Positions 1 through 9,569 of a DNA stretch of 64,000 bases are shown piece by piece. The stretch is taken from assembly GCA_963827235.1 (NCBI GenBank), contig CAWHAE010000017.1, positions 160,001 to 224,000 on the forward strand, in the 5' to 3' direction. Both the position numbers and the translations under genes were made by a program. The number at the start of each line of letters is the position of its first letter. The first letter of the stretch is position 1. The notes under the pieces were generated by a model. It ran no database searches, was not told the DNA's origin, and saw only the letters and a program-made list of their open reading frames with translations. The stretch comes from an uncultured bacterium (GTDB lineage Bacteria > Chloroflexota > UBA5177 > JANWHV01).

Positions 1-1573
1 TATCGTGCAGGACTGGCAGTCCTGGCAGGGCGATTGGTGGGGACAGAAGTCGCTCGATCCCACTCGATACCCGGATCCGGATGCCATGGTGCAGACACTA
101 CATGACCTGCATGTCCGACTGATGGTCTCGATTTGGCCGAACATGACCAACGACGGACCGGACCAAGTGGAGATGCGCGCACATGGTTACCTGCTGGGCA
201 ATCGCTCGACCTATGATGCCTTCAACCCACTCGCACGCGCGCTCTATTGGAGGCAGGCACATGAAGGCTTGTTCGCGCATGGCGTGGACGCCTGGTGGTG
301 CGACTGCACCGAGCCGTTTGAGGCCGACTGGAACGGTGAGGTGAAACGTGAACCGGAGGAGCGGCTGCGCGTCAACTCCGAAGAAGCCAAGCGGTATCTA
401 GACGCAGAGTACATCAACGCCTATTCCCTGCTCCATGCAAAGGGGATCCATGAGGGGCAACGAGCGGAAACGAACGAGAAGCGGGTGGTGAATCTGACTC
501 GGTCGGCGCATGCAGGGCAGCACCGCTATGGGACCATCACCTGGTCGGGTGATACCGCCGCGAGCTGGGAAACCCTACGCCGTCAGGTTCCTGCCGGTCT
601 GAACTTCTGTGCGACTGGCGAGCCATACTGGACGCTTGATATCGGCGGATTCTTCGTTGCCAAGAGAGAGCAGTGGTTCTGGGACGGGGAATACGACGCC
701 GGCTGCGACGATCTCGGCTACCGCGAACTCTACGTGCGCTGGTTTCAGATGGCGACGTTTCTGCCCATGTTCCGCGCGCACGGCACCGACGCCCCACGGG
801 AAGTATGGCGGTTCGGCGAATGTGGCTCGACGTTCTACGATGCGCTGGTCAGCTTCATCCACCTGCGTTACCGGCTCCTTCCGTACATCTACTCTATGGC
901 GGGCTGGACAACGCAGTCGGCATACACGATGCTGCGCGCCTTGCCTTTCGACTTCCGGTTTGACCCGACGACGCACAACATCGGGGACGAATTCATGTTT
1001 GGGCCCGCATTTCTCGTCTGTCCGGTGACAACGCCCATGTGCTATGGCGCCGGCTCAAGAGCGCTGCAGGGTGCCGTCAAGACGCGACCGGTGTACCTGC
1101 CGGCCGGCACTGACTGGTACGACTACTGGACGAACAGATGGTATTCAGGTGGACAGTGGCTTGATGCCGATGCACCGCTGCATCGTCTGCCGTTGTACGT
1201 TCGGGCAGGTTCCATCGTGCCTGCGGGCCCCTCTATTCAGCACACCGGCGAGCAGGCAGGCAGCCTGGAGTTGCGCATCTACACCGGTTTGGACGGCGAC
1301 TTCGAACTGTACGATGACGAGGGCGACAACTACAACTATGAGCGCGGAGCCTTCGAGGTCGTTCCACTGCACTGGGACGAAGAGCAGCAGATGTTGACCA
1401 TCGGCGAACGGAGGGGCAAATACCCGGGCATGCCGAGACTGAGGAAGTTCACGGTCGTGGTGATCAGACCAGATCAAGCCACCTCATCCGGCAGAGTCGG
1501 CGATTCAGACAGCTGCGTCGAGTATGACGGTTCGTGCCTGGTACTCTCGTTGGCATCAGCGCGATCCTGGTGA
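1..1573 (+). CDS. Glycoside hydrolase family 31 (alpha-xylosidase/alpha-glucosidase-like), 5'-truncated by the window edge
   Basis: GH31 motifs WWCDCTEP (nucleophile region), WSGD, DIGGF, ELYVRWFQ, RYRLLPYIYS; C-terminal LYDDEGDNYNYERG domain. Confidence 0.93.
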   Translation, partial: IVQDWQSWQGDWWGQKSLDPTRYPDPDAMVQTLHDLHVRLMVSIWPNMTNDGPDQVEMRAHGYLLGNRSTYDAFNPLARALYWRQAHEGLFAHGVDAWWCDCTEPFEADWNGEVKREPEERLRVNSEEAKRYLDAEYINAYSLLHAKGIHEGQRAETNEKRVVNLTRSAHAGQHRYGTITWSGDTAASWETLRRQVPAGLNFCATGEPYWTLDIGGFFVAKREQWFWDGEYDAGCDDLGYRELYVRWFQMATFLPMFRAHGTDAPREVWRFGECGSTFYDALVSFIHLRYRLLPYIYSMAGWTTQSAYTMLRALPFDFRFDPTTHNIGDEFMFGPAFLVCPVTTPMCYGAGSRALQGAVKTRPVYLPAGTDWYDYWTNRWYSGGQWLDADAPLHRLPLYVRAGSIVPAGPSIQHTGEQAGSLELRIYTGLDGDFELYDDEGDNYNYERGAFEVVPLHWDEEQQMLTIGERRGKYPGMPRLRKFTVVVIRPDQATSSGRVGDSDSCVEYDGSCLVLSLASARSW

Positions 1574-1588
1574 CCGGTCTGGGCCAGG

Positions 1589-3139
1589 ATGCGCGGCTAT
1601 CTGTGGCTCGGCACTGAGAACGGTGCCCTTCTCTTCGACGGCCTTATCCCCCAGCGTGAAGGGGTGGGCATCGCCGTCGTCATCGCTCGTGGTCCGCGGT
1701 CCCTGGCCCAGGTGCAGCGCGCGGCGCGTTCCGTCAAGGCGGGAAGCGACGCGCTGGCTGCGGGCATGGGCGCGCCGGCGATAGGCGACCTCAGGCAGAG
1801 CGTCCACGTCACCCTGGAGGCGCCGAGCTATCGCAGCCGTGATGAGACGGGTCAGACGGCAGAGGCGATGCGCGGCATCGTGGACAAGGTGCATGCCACG
1901 CTGGCAGCGCACGAGCAGACGCGCAGCACCTTGGCGGATCTGATCGGTCGGGTAGCGGCCAGTGCCACGCAGGTGGACAGCGGTAGCGGACAGCTGGCGC
2001 AGGCCAGCCAGCAGGTCGGCCAGGCGAGCACCCAGATCGCCCGCGCCATCGAAGAGGTGGCGCGCGGAAACTCCGACCAGAGCAGGAGTGCTACTGAGGC
2101 CACCGCGCAGGTCGCCGCCGTGACTCAGCTGGTTGAGCAGTTGGCGACCGGCGCCAACGCGCTGGCCAGCGCCAGCAGTCAAACCGCCCAAGCCCTGGCC
2201 GAGTTGCGCACGGCCCTCGCCGACAGCACGACGCAGGTCGCCGCCGTGAGCGGCGAGGCCGAACGGGCAGCAGGAACGGCCCGGGATGGCGGTGAGGCGG
2301 TACGCCAGACCATCGCATCCATCGCCTCGGTGCGCGCCGCGGTCGCCCGCTCCGCCCAGCAGGTCAACGCGCTGGGTGAGAGCAGCCGCGAGATCGGACA
2401 GATCGTGGAGGCGATCGACGACATCGCCGAGCAGACCAACCTGCTGGCCCTGAACGCCGCCATCGAGGCTGCCCGAGCCGGGGAGCATGGCAAAGGCTTC
2501 ACCGTGGTGGCGGCAGAGGTGCGGAAGCTGGCCGAGCGCGCGTCGAGCGAAACCAAGGGCGTTACCCAGCGCATCGCCGCCATCCAGGCGCAAGTCAGGG
2601 ACGTGGTCAAGGCTATGGAGCAGGGAGACGCCGAGGTGGCACGCAGCGCCGGGCTGGGCCAGCAAGCAGGGAGCGCGCTGGAGAGCATCCTGGGTGCGGT
2701 GAGCAACACCACGGCGCAGGTGCAGAGCATCGGTGTTGCCGTTCAGCAGATGAGCGGGAACGTGGAGCGGGTATCGACTGCTGCAGGACAGGTCTCCGAG
2801 GTAGCGCGGCAAACCCTGGAGGCCAGTACGGCGCTGCGCACGAGCGCGGAGCAGGTGTCCGGTGCCATCGAGAGCATCGCCGCGGTGAGCGAGGAGAGCG
2901 CGGCGAGCGCGGAGGAGGTCAGTGCCTCCACGGAGGAGCAGACGGCATCGGTGGAGGAGATGGCGGCCGGGGCGCAGGAGCTTGCGGCGTTGGCGAGCCA
3001 GCTCCAGGAGCTGGTCGGCCGGTTCGTGCTGTCACGCAGCGGGGGCACGGCGGGGGAGCACGAGTCCGTCGTGCCACGGCGGCGCGCGAGCGACTGGGGT
3101 TCGCCGCCCTCGCGTGCGGAGCGAGCACGGAACACCTGA
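1589..3139 (+). CDS. Methyl-accepting chemotaxis protein (HAMP + signalling domain), sensor region apparently lost
   Basis: Canonical tip [39 protein letters not shown]; methylation helices ([18 protein letters not shown]); aberrant N-terminus. Confidence 0.9.
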   Translation: MRGYLWLGTENGALLFDGLIPQREGVGIAVVIARGPRSLAQVQRAARSVKAGSDALAAGMGAPAIGDLRQSVHVTLEAPSYRSRDETGQTAEAMRGIVDKVHATLAAHEQTRSTLADLIGRVAASATQVDSGSGQLAQASQQVGQASTQIARAIEEVARGNSDQSRSATEATAQVAAVTQLVEQLATGANALASASSQTAQALAELRTALADSTTQVAAVSGEAERAAGTARDGGEAVRQTIASIASVRAAVARSAQQVNALGESSREIGQIVEAIDDIAEQTNLLALNAAIEAARAGEHGKGFTVVAAEVRKLAERASSETKGVTQRIAAIQAQVRDVVKAMEQGDAEVARSAGLGQQAGSALESILGAVSNTTAQVQSIGVAVQQMSGNVERVSTAAGQVSEVARQTLEASTALRTSAEQVSGAIESIAAVSEESAASAEEVSASTEEQTASVEEMAAGAQELAALASQLQELVGRFVLSRSGGTAGEHESVVPRRRASDWGSPPSRAERARNT

Positions 3140-3369
3140 GCCAATTAGCCGCATGCCTGCGACAACGTCTGCGGTGGCCGAGCGAAGGACCGAGGCCGTG
3201 TCTTCAAGCCGATAGCTCTCGTCCCGCTGCCGCACTGTTCGGTCTGGAGGACAGCACACTCGAGGACTGTGCACCACCCTCACCTGGATTGTCGACGGGG
3301 TGCCGGTCATCCGGGGCAAGCGAGGCCGTCCCGCTTGTCGCGCCGTCCCGAACAGCAGGACTGCAGCGA

Positions 3370-3479
3370 TAGGCCCGCACCAACATGAGCCTTACCTTCT
3401 CCAGCACGCGGCGAGACGTCACGTTGTCCTGGTCGGTCGTAGCGAATAGGCCGCGCACGTCCGGCACCGTCCCTGCCAT
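3370..3479 (-). pseudogene. RimJ/RimL-type GNAT acetyltransferase C-terminal fragment
   Basis: LFATTDQDNVTSRRVLEKV matches the GNAT N..S.RVLEK motif; no N-terminal part. Confidence 0.55.
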
Positions 3480-3657
3480 TCACGTCGACGGTGCGGGCCT
3501 TGACGCCGGCATACCTTGCACCGCCGCGGCCTCGCCACAGCGTGCTTCGCTCTCCCCCCTGCTCAGCCAGGTGCATCATCGCTCCAGCTTCTGGCGCACG
3601 GCCATGGCTGCGCGGCACGTAGGAACGACCGTGGGTTGCTGCGCCTGCTCTGCGCGC

Positions 3658-4191
3658 TCATTGCTGGTGCGGCCGGTGATCGAGTCGCGCCAGCAGCGCC
3701 GCAACCTCAGGCAGCGTGGCGTCAAGCGGCTGCTGGCAGGGAACGGCGTCCGGTTCGTCCAGCGCGACCTCGTACGTACTGATGCGCCGACACGTGGTAC
3801 AGTAGCGCCGGGCCGTGTGGCCCTGCACGTCGGCGTAGCTGTCCAGGGGCACGTACGTGTGGCTGCTGCGCTGAGCCACAATCTGGAGCGGTGGCAGCGC
3901 TGGCTGCAAGAGCGAAGGCTGATTGGCGTTGATGGGTTCAGCTAATCCCGCCGTGCGGCCCCAGTACTGCTTGCACGGCTCCGCAACGCTCTGCGCTTTG
4001 ACGAACCCCGGTACGCCAGTGCGTAACTGGACGTGGGCTGAGCAATGACGACAGCGGTAGAAGATGTCAGTGACCCCACCGTGCCTGGTCCGCTTCCCGT
4101 CCTGGAAATCGTGGCCGTAGATGCGGCCTGTCGCCAACAGGTCGTCGCGTTGCTTGGTCAGTACGTGGGACTGAGCCAGGCTGTTCGCCAT
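3658..4191 (-). CDS. Hypothetical protein with two CxxC motifs, possible Zn binder
   Basis: 177 aa ATG ORF with GGGGTG upstream and an AT-rich promoter-like region; CRHC...C and CTTC...C motifs. Confidence 0.55.
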   Translation of the reverse strand: MANSLAQSHVLTKQRDDLLATGRIYGHDFQDGKRTRHGGVTDIFYRCRHCSAHVQLRTGVPGFVKAQSVAEPCKQYWGRTAGLAEPINANQPSLLQPALPPLQIVAQRSSHTYVPLDSYADVQGHTARRYCTTCRRISTYEVALDEPDAVPCQQPLDATLPEVAALLARLDHRPHQQ

Positions 4192-4559
4192 CGAAACACC
4201 CCACGCTAGTAGAACGTTAGTCCTAGTAACAGTATACCCTACGCGCTGCGCGCGCGCCTAGTGTGCACAGCGGGGTCCTCATATATTGTAGGATACGCCA
4301 CCATTAAGCACAATATATAGTGCCGAACCCATCGTTGCTGAGGGAGAGGTCCGGTACGGTCGGCTGGCGCGTGTACACTGGCGTACGGGGAATAGGGCCG
4401 CCGGATTGCTGCCGCCGAGAAGGGATCTCACCGCCTCGCCAGCGCCGGCAACCCCTCACCTGACTTGGCGCGGTATTTCAACCATCTCAAGTACGCCTAC
4501 CAAGTGAGATTCGGATAACCCTTATTGTGCGAGGCTCACTGCCTGCCGGCAGTCAGCGA

Positions 4560-5553
4560 TCAGCCGACGTACGTGTCGGCGATGATCCGCTCTAGTGTCG
4601 GGCACAAGTGTCCGCGCCGCGCGCCCCAGGCAAGGAGCCGGCGTGCGTTCGCCGGTCCGCCTACCGATAACACTACGTCGGCTAGGCTTTCTTCCTCCGG
4701 CACACTCCTGAGCAGGGTCACCACTGGATGAGGCTCTGTCGAGCTGGCAGAAAGCGTGCGGCAACCGCGGACTCGGGGAGCGCAGGCGTCGTCGTTGCTG
4801 CCTCCTGGCGCTGGAGGCGCTCTCGGCGTAGTCGCTGCACGTCCGGGCGTCCCAACCGTGCAGTCCTGGCGCGTGCAACGAGTTCTTGGCGCACCACCTG
4901 ATCGCCCTCGCGGGCAACCGCGGTGGCAGCAGATACGGCGAGGATGCCGCCGTGCACGGCCTCAGCTACGTCCTCGTGCGCGATTAGCTTGAGCCGATCT
5001 GCGACATAGGCATGACTCCGGTGCAGTCGGTTGCCGACCTTCCGCGTGTCGAGGTCTTCCAGGTCCATCAGCTCGCGGAGTGCAACCGCTCGTCGACCGG
5101 GTCGAGGTCCTCCCCCTGCATGTTTTCGGTCAGTTGCAGGACGCGCAAATCGGCACCGCTGCTCTCACGTACGACCACGGGCAACCGTGTAAGCCCGGCC
5201 TGCATCGCGGCAGCATAGCGCCGCTCGCCGGCCACGATCATGTAGCGTGTGCGGCCGTCTTCGAGGAGTCCGGACTCCCGCACGACGAGCGGTTGCAGGA
5301 TGCCATGCTCTTTGATTGAAGCAGCCAACTCCAGCAGGCGTGAAGCATCACGCGTCTTTCGCGGCTGGTCTGGGTCAGGCTGGACCATCTCAATGGGTAC
5401 GCCCAGCGCGCCCACGAGAGTCCGCTCAGCATCGGTCTGGATTATCGCGGCTTCCGACGCTTGCACATCACTCTGCGCGCGGTCCATACGAAAGACGGGC
5501 CGGGGCTTAACGGCCATGGCCGGCCTCTTTGATAACGCGCTGTGCCAGCTCAC
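4560..5553 (-). pseudogene. parB: ParB/Spo0J partition protein, frameshifted
   Basis: PDPDQPRK, LAASIKEHGILQPLVVR, IVAGERRY, LTENMQGEDL. A single-G loss near 5088 splits DE/AVALRELMDL; a probable second shift near 4735 continues as PHPVVTLLRSVPEE to a TGA at 4560. Confidence 0.85.
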
Positions 5554-6297
5554 GGTACGCCTGCGCAGCAGCGCTGGAGGGCTCGGAGAGGACCACCGGG
5601 CAACTTCGAGGCCGGTTGATGGCTCGCTTCACCGCCACGGCGTGCGGTATCGCGGTGCCTACCAGATCGCCATATCGCGAGTGCAACGCGGCCACGCCGG
5701 CTTCGTCCTGGCTATCGCGTCGCGTACTGTTGGGAAGGATCGCCACGAGGCGCGCGGCACCCAGGGCCTCGTCCAGCTCATCGCGGAGGGCAATGGTATC
5801 CGAGAGCGCATCGAAGTCCGCCCGGGTAGCGAAAGTGGGCAGCACGGCAAGCTGTGCGGTTATCAGGGCGCTGGAGAGCGCAAAACCAAGGACCCCGGGG
5901 GCGTATCCAGAATGATAAAGTCGTAGTCGAGATCGGCCAGCAGCTTCCGCAGGCGCAGCGCGCCCACGGGATTCTCAGCATACATCCTGGCAGCAGTCTC
6001 TATCGAGCGATCGCCAGGCAGCAGGTCGGTGCCGTCCAGAACCGGCCGGATCAGATCCACCACGCCGAGCGCCGCCGCCAGCATGCGCTCGCCAATGCCA
6101 TGCAGTCCGGCAGCTTCCTCCGCCAAGAGTAGACGCGTAAGCGATGCCTGGGGATCCAGGTCAATGAGCAGGATCCTGATGCCTGTCTCCGCCAACGCAC
6201 CGGCGAGGTTCAACGCCGTCGTTGTTTTTCCAGATCCGCCCTTGCGTCCGGCGCTGACGATGATCGTCGGCGCTCGTTGTGCCACTGCCGCAGTCAC
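5507..6297 (-). pseudogene. parA: ParA/Soj ATPase, frameshifted
   Basis: Deviant Walker A KGGSGKTT, IDLDPQASLT, ILDTPP. Restoring one G in the run near 5893 gives DTPPGVLGFALSSALITAQLAVLP, joining 5507-5845, which ends in S.AAQAYRELA. Confidence 0.88.
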
Positions 6298-6317
6298 CCT
6301 CAGTCCCTTTCTCTCGC

Positions 6318-6345
6318 GATCCTTGTAAACAAGGTTTACAGGATC
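6318..6345. promoter_or_regulatory. Palindrome upstream of parA (candidate operator or parS-like site)
   Basis: GATCC-T-TGTAAAC-AAG-GTTTACA-GGATC about 20 bp upstream of the parA start. Confidence 0.45.
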
Positions 6346-6620
6346 CGGAGGTCTCTGAGGGGGGGCTTGTCCTAGTCCTTAGTCTTTGATCCCCTCTTCT
6401 ATAGGGGGTGAAATCCGGCCTCACCTAGTTTGGAGGCGCGGGTCATCGACCGCAATCCCACGGCAGGCGGGAAGTGGGGAGATGCGGCGAGGTCTCCTCC
6501 ACGCAGGGGCTAGCACTGTTTCCCCACGTGGGGTACAGTTCCCAGGTAGGGTTGAGATATGACCTGGGCATTGGCCTACACCTTTCAACAGTTATGGCCC
6601 TTGCGTAGTTGCGGTAATGA

Positions 6621-6662
6621 GAAGCGACCACCTGCTTCCAACAGGTGGTCGTTTCGCTTTTG
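6621..6662 (+). terminator. 14-bp stem-loop followed by a short U tract
   Basis: GAAGCGACCACCTG-CTTCCAA-CAGGTGGTCGTTTC then GCTTTT. Confidence 0.55.
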
Positions 6663-6765
6663 GGGCGTCGTTATGATGCTCTCTGTGACTCCTCGCCCCC
6701 TTGATGCGCAAACCAGAATTCGATCGCTTCCTGCATCAGTTCGCCCAAGGAGGGCTCGACGCCGG

Positions 6766-7068
6766 TCAACTTATATCTCCGACATTGCTCATCCCGGAGC
6801 ATTGTTGTGTGCCTGACACGCACGTCGTCAATTGGTAGGGCATCTCCACTGAGCGCCCGGCCGGGGAAAGCGTGCCGGTGAGCCGCTGCAACAACAACGC
6901 GGCCGCCTTGCTGCCCAGCTCATCCTGGAACTGCGCGATGGTGGTCAGGGGTGGATGGACCATGCGGGCTGCCGGGCGGTCGTCGAAGCCGACGATAGCG
7001 ACATCCTGGGGTATACGCAACTGTGCGTCGTGGACGGCGGCCATAGCCCCAAAGGCCATGCGGTCGGG
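6766..7068 (-). pseudogene. LacI-family regulator C-terminal fragment
   Basis: DRMAFGAM...LRIPQDVAIVGFDD...PPLTTIAQ; HTH and most of the sensor domain missing; abuts the stop of the upstream gene. Confidence 0.85.
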
Positions 7069-8853
7069 CTAAGAGCGAGGTCCGGAGGTGTGTCCCTTCA
7101 ACCTGCTCGCACCGGGCGCGCCGGTGTACACGGCCACCTCTCCGGGTGTCAGCGTGCCAGCCGGCCGCTCTAGCATGGTCGGCATCGAGCCGCGTTCGTC
7201 GACGCGAACCCAGTGCTGGGGAGCGGCGGGTTCCCAGGTGACCAGATCTCCGGACACCGGCTCCTCGCCCGCGTTGTATACCGTGACGGTCGCACGTCCG
7301 TCAGCGGCGACAAACGCATTGGCCAGGAGATCGGTCCGCGCGACGGGCACGAGCGGGAGTGCCAGGCTGCCGCGAAAGCAGGTCTCATGCCGCCGCAAAA
7401 TGCCGACCACGCCGCGGATTTGCGCTGCTTCGCCCGCGGTGTATGGCAGGATTTCGCCAAAGACATCTTGCCAGACCACCAGCCCCGTGCCGTTGAACAG
7501 CGCCTGCTGGATGACACGCTGCCGTTGCGCGCCCACGGCATGGCGGTTAATCATGAAGGAGGGATGTTCAGGAAAGAGAAATCGCTGCAGGTCGACTTCG
7601 CCCGCCTGACTGTGTTCCGCCTGATCCCAGGAGCCGGTAATGAGCTCGACGGCACCAGGCCCTGGCTGCTTCTCGGAGCAGAAGACGACCCCCGGCCGAA
7701 CCCGATCGATCGCCCGCCGGAACTGAGGATGCACGTTCCCTATCGTGTCCAGGAATACGCCGTCCGCGCCGATGTCGGCGATCACCTGCGCCAGCTCTCG
7801 GGCGGCGTCAGCCCTTGAGCGTCTGCCAGCAGTGGCAGTGTCCCATGGCAGATACGGCACGAACACTCGTGTACCGCTGGCTCGGGCCTGCACGGCCAGC
7901 TCGCGCAGGCCGGGACGCCCGCCGGGCAGATCGTCGTAAAATGCCCATTGGTCGCGCTCGTCCACGCCGATACGCGGATACTGCGGCCAAAGAAGCAATC
8001 CGTCGTAGCCGCCAAACCGCTGGCCATCCTCGATCAAGCGAGCGAGGTCGAAGCACTGACGCGCATGATCGAAGATCTCACTGCCGTACAAGAATGTGAA
8101 ATGCTGCAGCCACTGCTGTCGGTACCAGCTCAAATCCTCTCGGCAATACTCGGACAGGTCGACGCCCGCACGTAGCAGGTCCCGCACAGCCCGAAAAGCG
8201 CCAAGCCAGCCCGGATCGCAGGCAACATATATAAGCTCACAGGCCTCCACCCACTCCGATCGCAGCCGGACCGGCATCGTCTCGCACACCGACTGCCAGC
8301 GACTGGCTTCGATCGTGTCGCGTGCGAAGCGGGCAAGGATGGCCACGCCGCCGCCGTCCGACCAGTAGCTGTACGGAAGCGGGTAATCTCCAGTGCGGAC
8401 GAGCGGCTGGCCGTCGTTCCCGACGGGTCCCAACCCGGGATCGTGCGCTCGCGCGCAGGCCGGATCGCCGAGCTGCAGCTGCCTGAGAATCGGCAGCTGC
8501 AGCTCGGCGTCACACGGCGTGTCGAGACCCGCAGCCCGCACTTGCACGATCATGTGCAGGGCGCCGAGCAGCCCCGCGTTCCAGGCCAAGCGCGCTTCGA
8601 TCGGGCCGGCGGCCAGAGTTGCGATAAGCGAGTCCTCGGCCTCGAACAGGGACGTTACGCGAAAGTCGTCGCCGGCCAGGAGGCGACCTCCGACGGCCAC
8701 TGCTATAGGGCAGGCGCGTGCTTCCTCGGTTCTAAGCAAGGGAGTCGCTGCGGGCAGTAGGTCGAGATCGAGACGTAGAGACGGCATGGCCGCGGCGCGG
8801 ACGCGCAGACCCGCGGTGGAAAGACCGGCCGCAGGCATCGGCGAGACGCTCAT
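7069..8853 (-). CDS. Uncharacterised protein with a probable glycosidase-like TIM barrel, typically FGE-domain associated
   Basis: GGYDGLLLWPQYPRIGVDERDQ, DLPGG, VFVPYLPWD, GADGVFLDT; ATGA overlap with the upstream gene and AGGAG RBS. Confidence 0.75.
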   Translation of the reverse strand: MSVSPMPAAGLSTAGLRVRAAAMPSLRLDLDLLPAATPLLRTEEARACPIAVAVGGRLLAGDDFRVTSLFEAEDSLIATLAAGPIEARLAWNAGLLGALHMIVQVRAAGLDTPCDAELQLPILRQLQLGDPACARAHDPGLGPVGNDGQPLVRTGDYPLPYSYWSDGGGVAILARFARDTIEASRWQSVCETMPVRLRSEWVEACELIYVACDPGWLGAFRAVRDLLRAGVDLSEYCREDLSWYRQQWLQHFTFLYGSEIFDHARQCFDLARLIEDGQRFGGYDGLLLWPQYPRIGVDERDQWAFYDDLPGGRPGLRELAVQARASGTRVFVPYLPWDTATAGRRSRADAARELAQVIADIGADGVFLDTIGNVHPQFRRAIDRVRPGVVFCSEKQPGPGAVELITGSWDQAEHSQAGEVDLQRFLFPEHPSFMINRHAVGAQRQRVIQQALFNGTGLVVWQDVFGEILPYTAGEAAQIRGVVGILRRHETCFRGSLALPLVPVARTDLLANAFVAADGRATVTVYNAGEEPVSGDLVTWEPAAPQHWVRVDERGSMPTMLERPAGTLTPGEVAVYTGAPGASRLKGHTSGPRS

Positions 8854-9569
8854 GGCGAATCTCCTGCCGTATCGGACGCACACCTAAATCCGATGGTGCT
8901 GCAGCGGTTGAGCCCCTCGCTCAGCAACAGGAATCGGAGATGGAACTGGTTGGGGCGAGGTCCACCTTCGGCATACCAGGCGCTTCCCTGTGCCTCGTAG
9001 TAGCTACCGCCCCGCAAGAGCCGCCAGCGATGCCAGCCATCGTCGAACGCGTGCGCCGTCCACTCCCAGACGTTGCCGGCCATGTCCATGCAGCCGAATG
9101 GGGAGACGCCCTCGGGGAAGGCGCTGACGGGCGTAGTGCCCACGCCATCGCCGTTACAGCAGCCGGCATCGAAGCGCATGCCCCAGGGCCAGTCAAAACC
9201 CTCCTCACCCTGCGCCGCCCACTGCCACTCCTCGTCCGTGGGCAGCCGCAAACCAGCCCACGAGGCATACGCCTCCGCGTCACGCGGGCTCACCCACACC
9301 ACCGGGTGGCTGCCCATGCCTGCGGGCGGCAATCCGCCGCTCCAGTGGCGCAGATAATTGCGGTCGTCGTTCGGCCGGTAGCCGCTCGCGCTCAAGAATA
9401 CCGCGTACTGGTCGTTTGTCACCGGATAGCGACAAAGCGCGTACGGGCGCAGCGTGACCGGGCGCGGGCCATGGTCGAACAGCGGGCAACGCCCTTCGCG
9501 TACGCGGTGTTCCACGCGGAACACGAAGCTGCAAGCCGGAACCGGCACCATGTCCACGTCCACCATCAC
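8850..9569 (-). CDS. FGE-sulfatase/SUMF1-fold protein
   Basis: YPVTNDQY, HPVVWVS, RLPTDEEW, DMAGNVWEW, RGGS, IGFRC. Confidence 0.92.
   Translation of the reverse strand: MMVDVDMVPVPACSFVFRVEHRVREGRCPLFDHGPRPVTLRPYALCRYPVTNDQYAVFLSASGYRPNDDRNYLRHWSGGLPPAGMGSHPVVWVSPRDAEAYASWAGLRLPTDEEWQWAAQGEEGFDWPWGMRFDAGCCNGDGVGTTPVSAFPEGVSPFGCMDMAGNVWEWTAHAFDDGWHRWRLLRGGSYYEAQGSAWYAEGGPRPNQFHLRFLLLSEGLNRCSTIGFRCASDTAGDSP

Noticed and set aside
1556-2812. 418-aa minus-strand ORF
   Set aside because: Antisense shadow of the MCP, expected from high-GC codon bias.
8850-9569. Ergothioneine (EgtB), sulfatase maturation or DGR target role for the FGE-fold gene
   Set aside because: No DinB domain or His triad, no catalytic cysteines or sulfatase, and no reverse transcriptase or template repeat seen.
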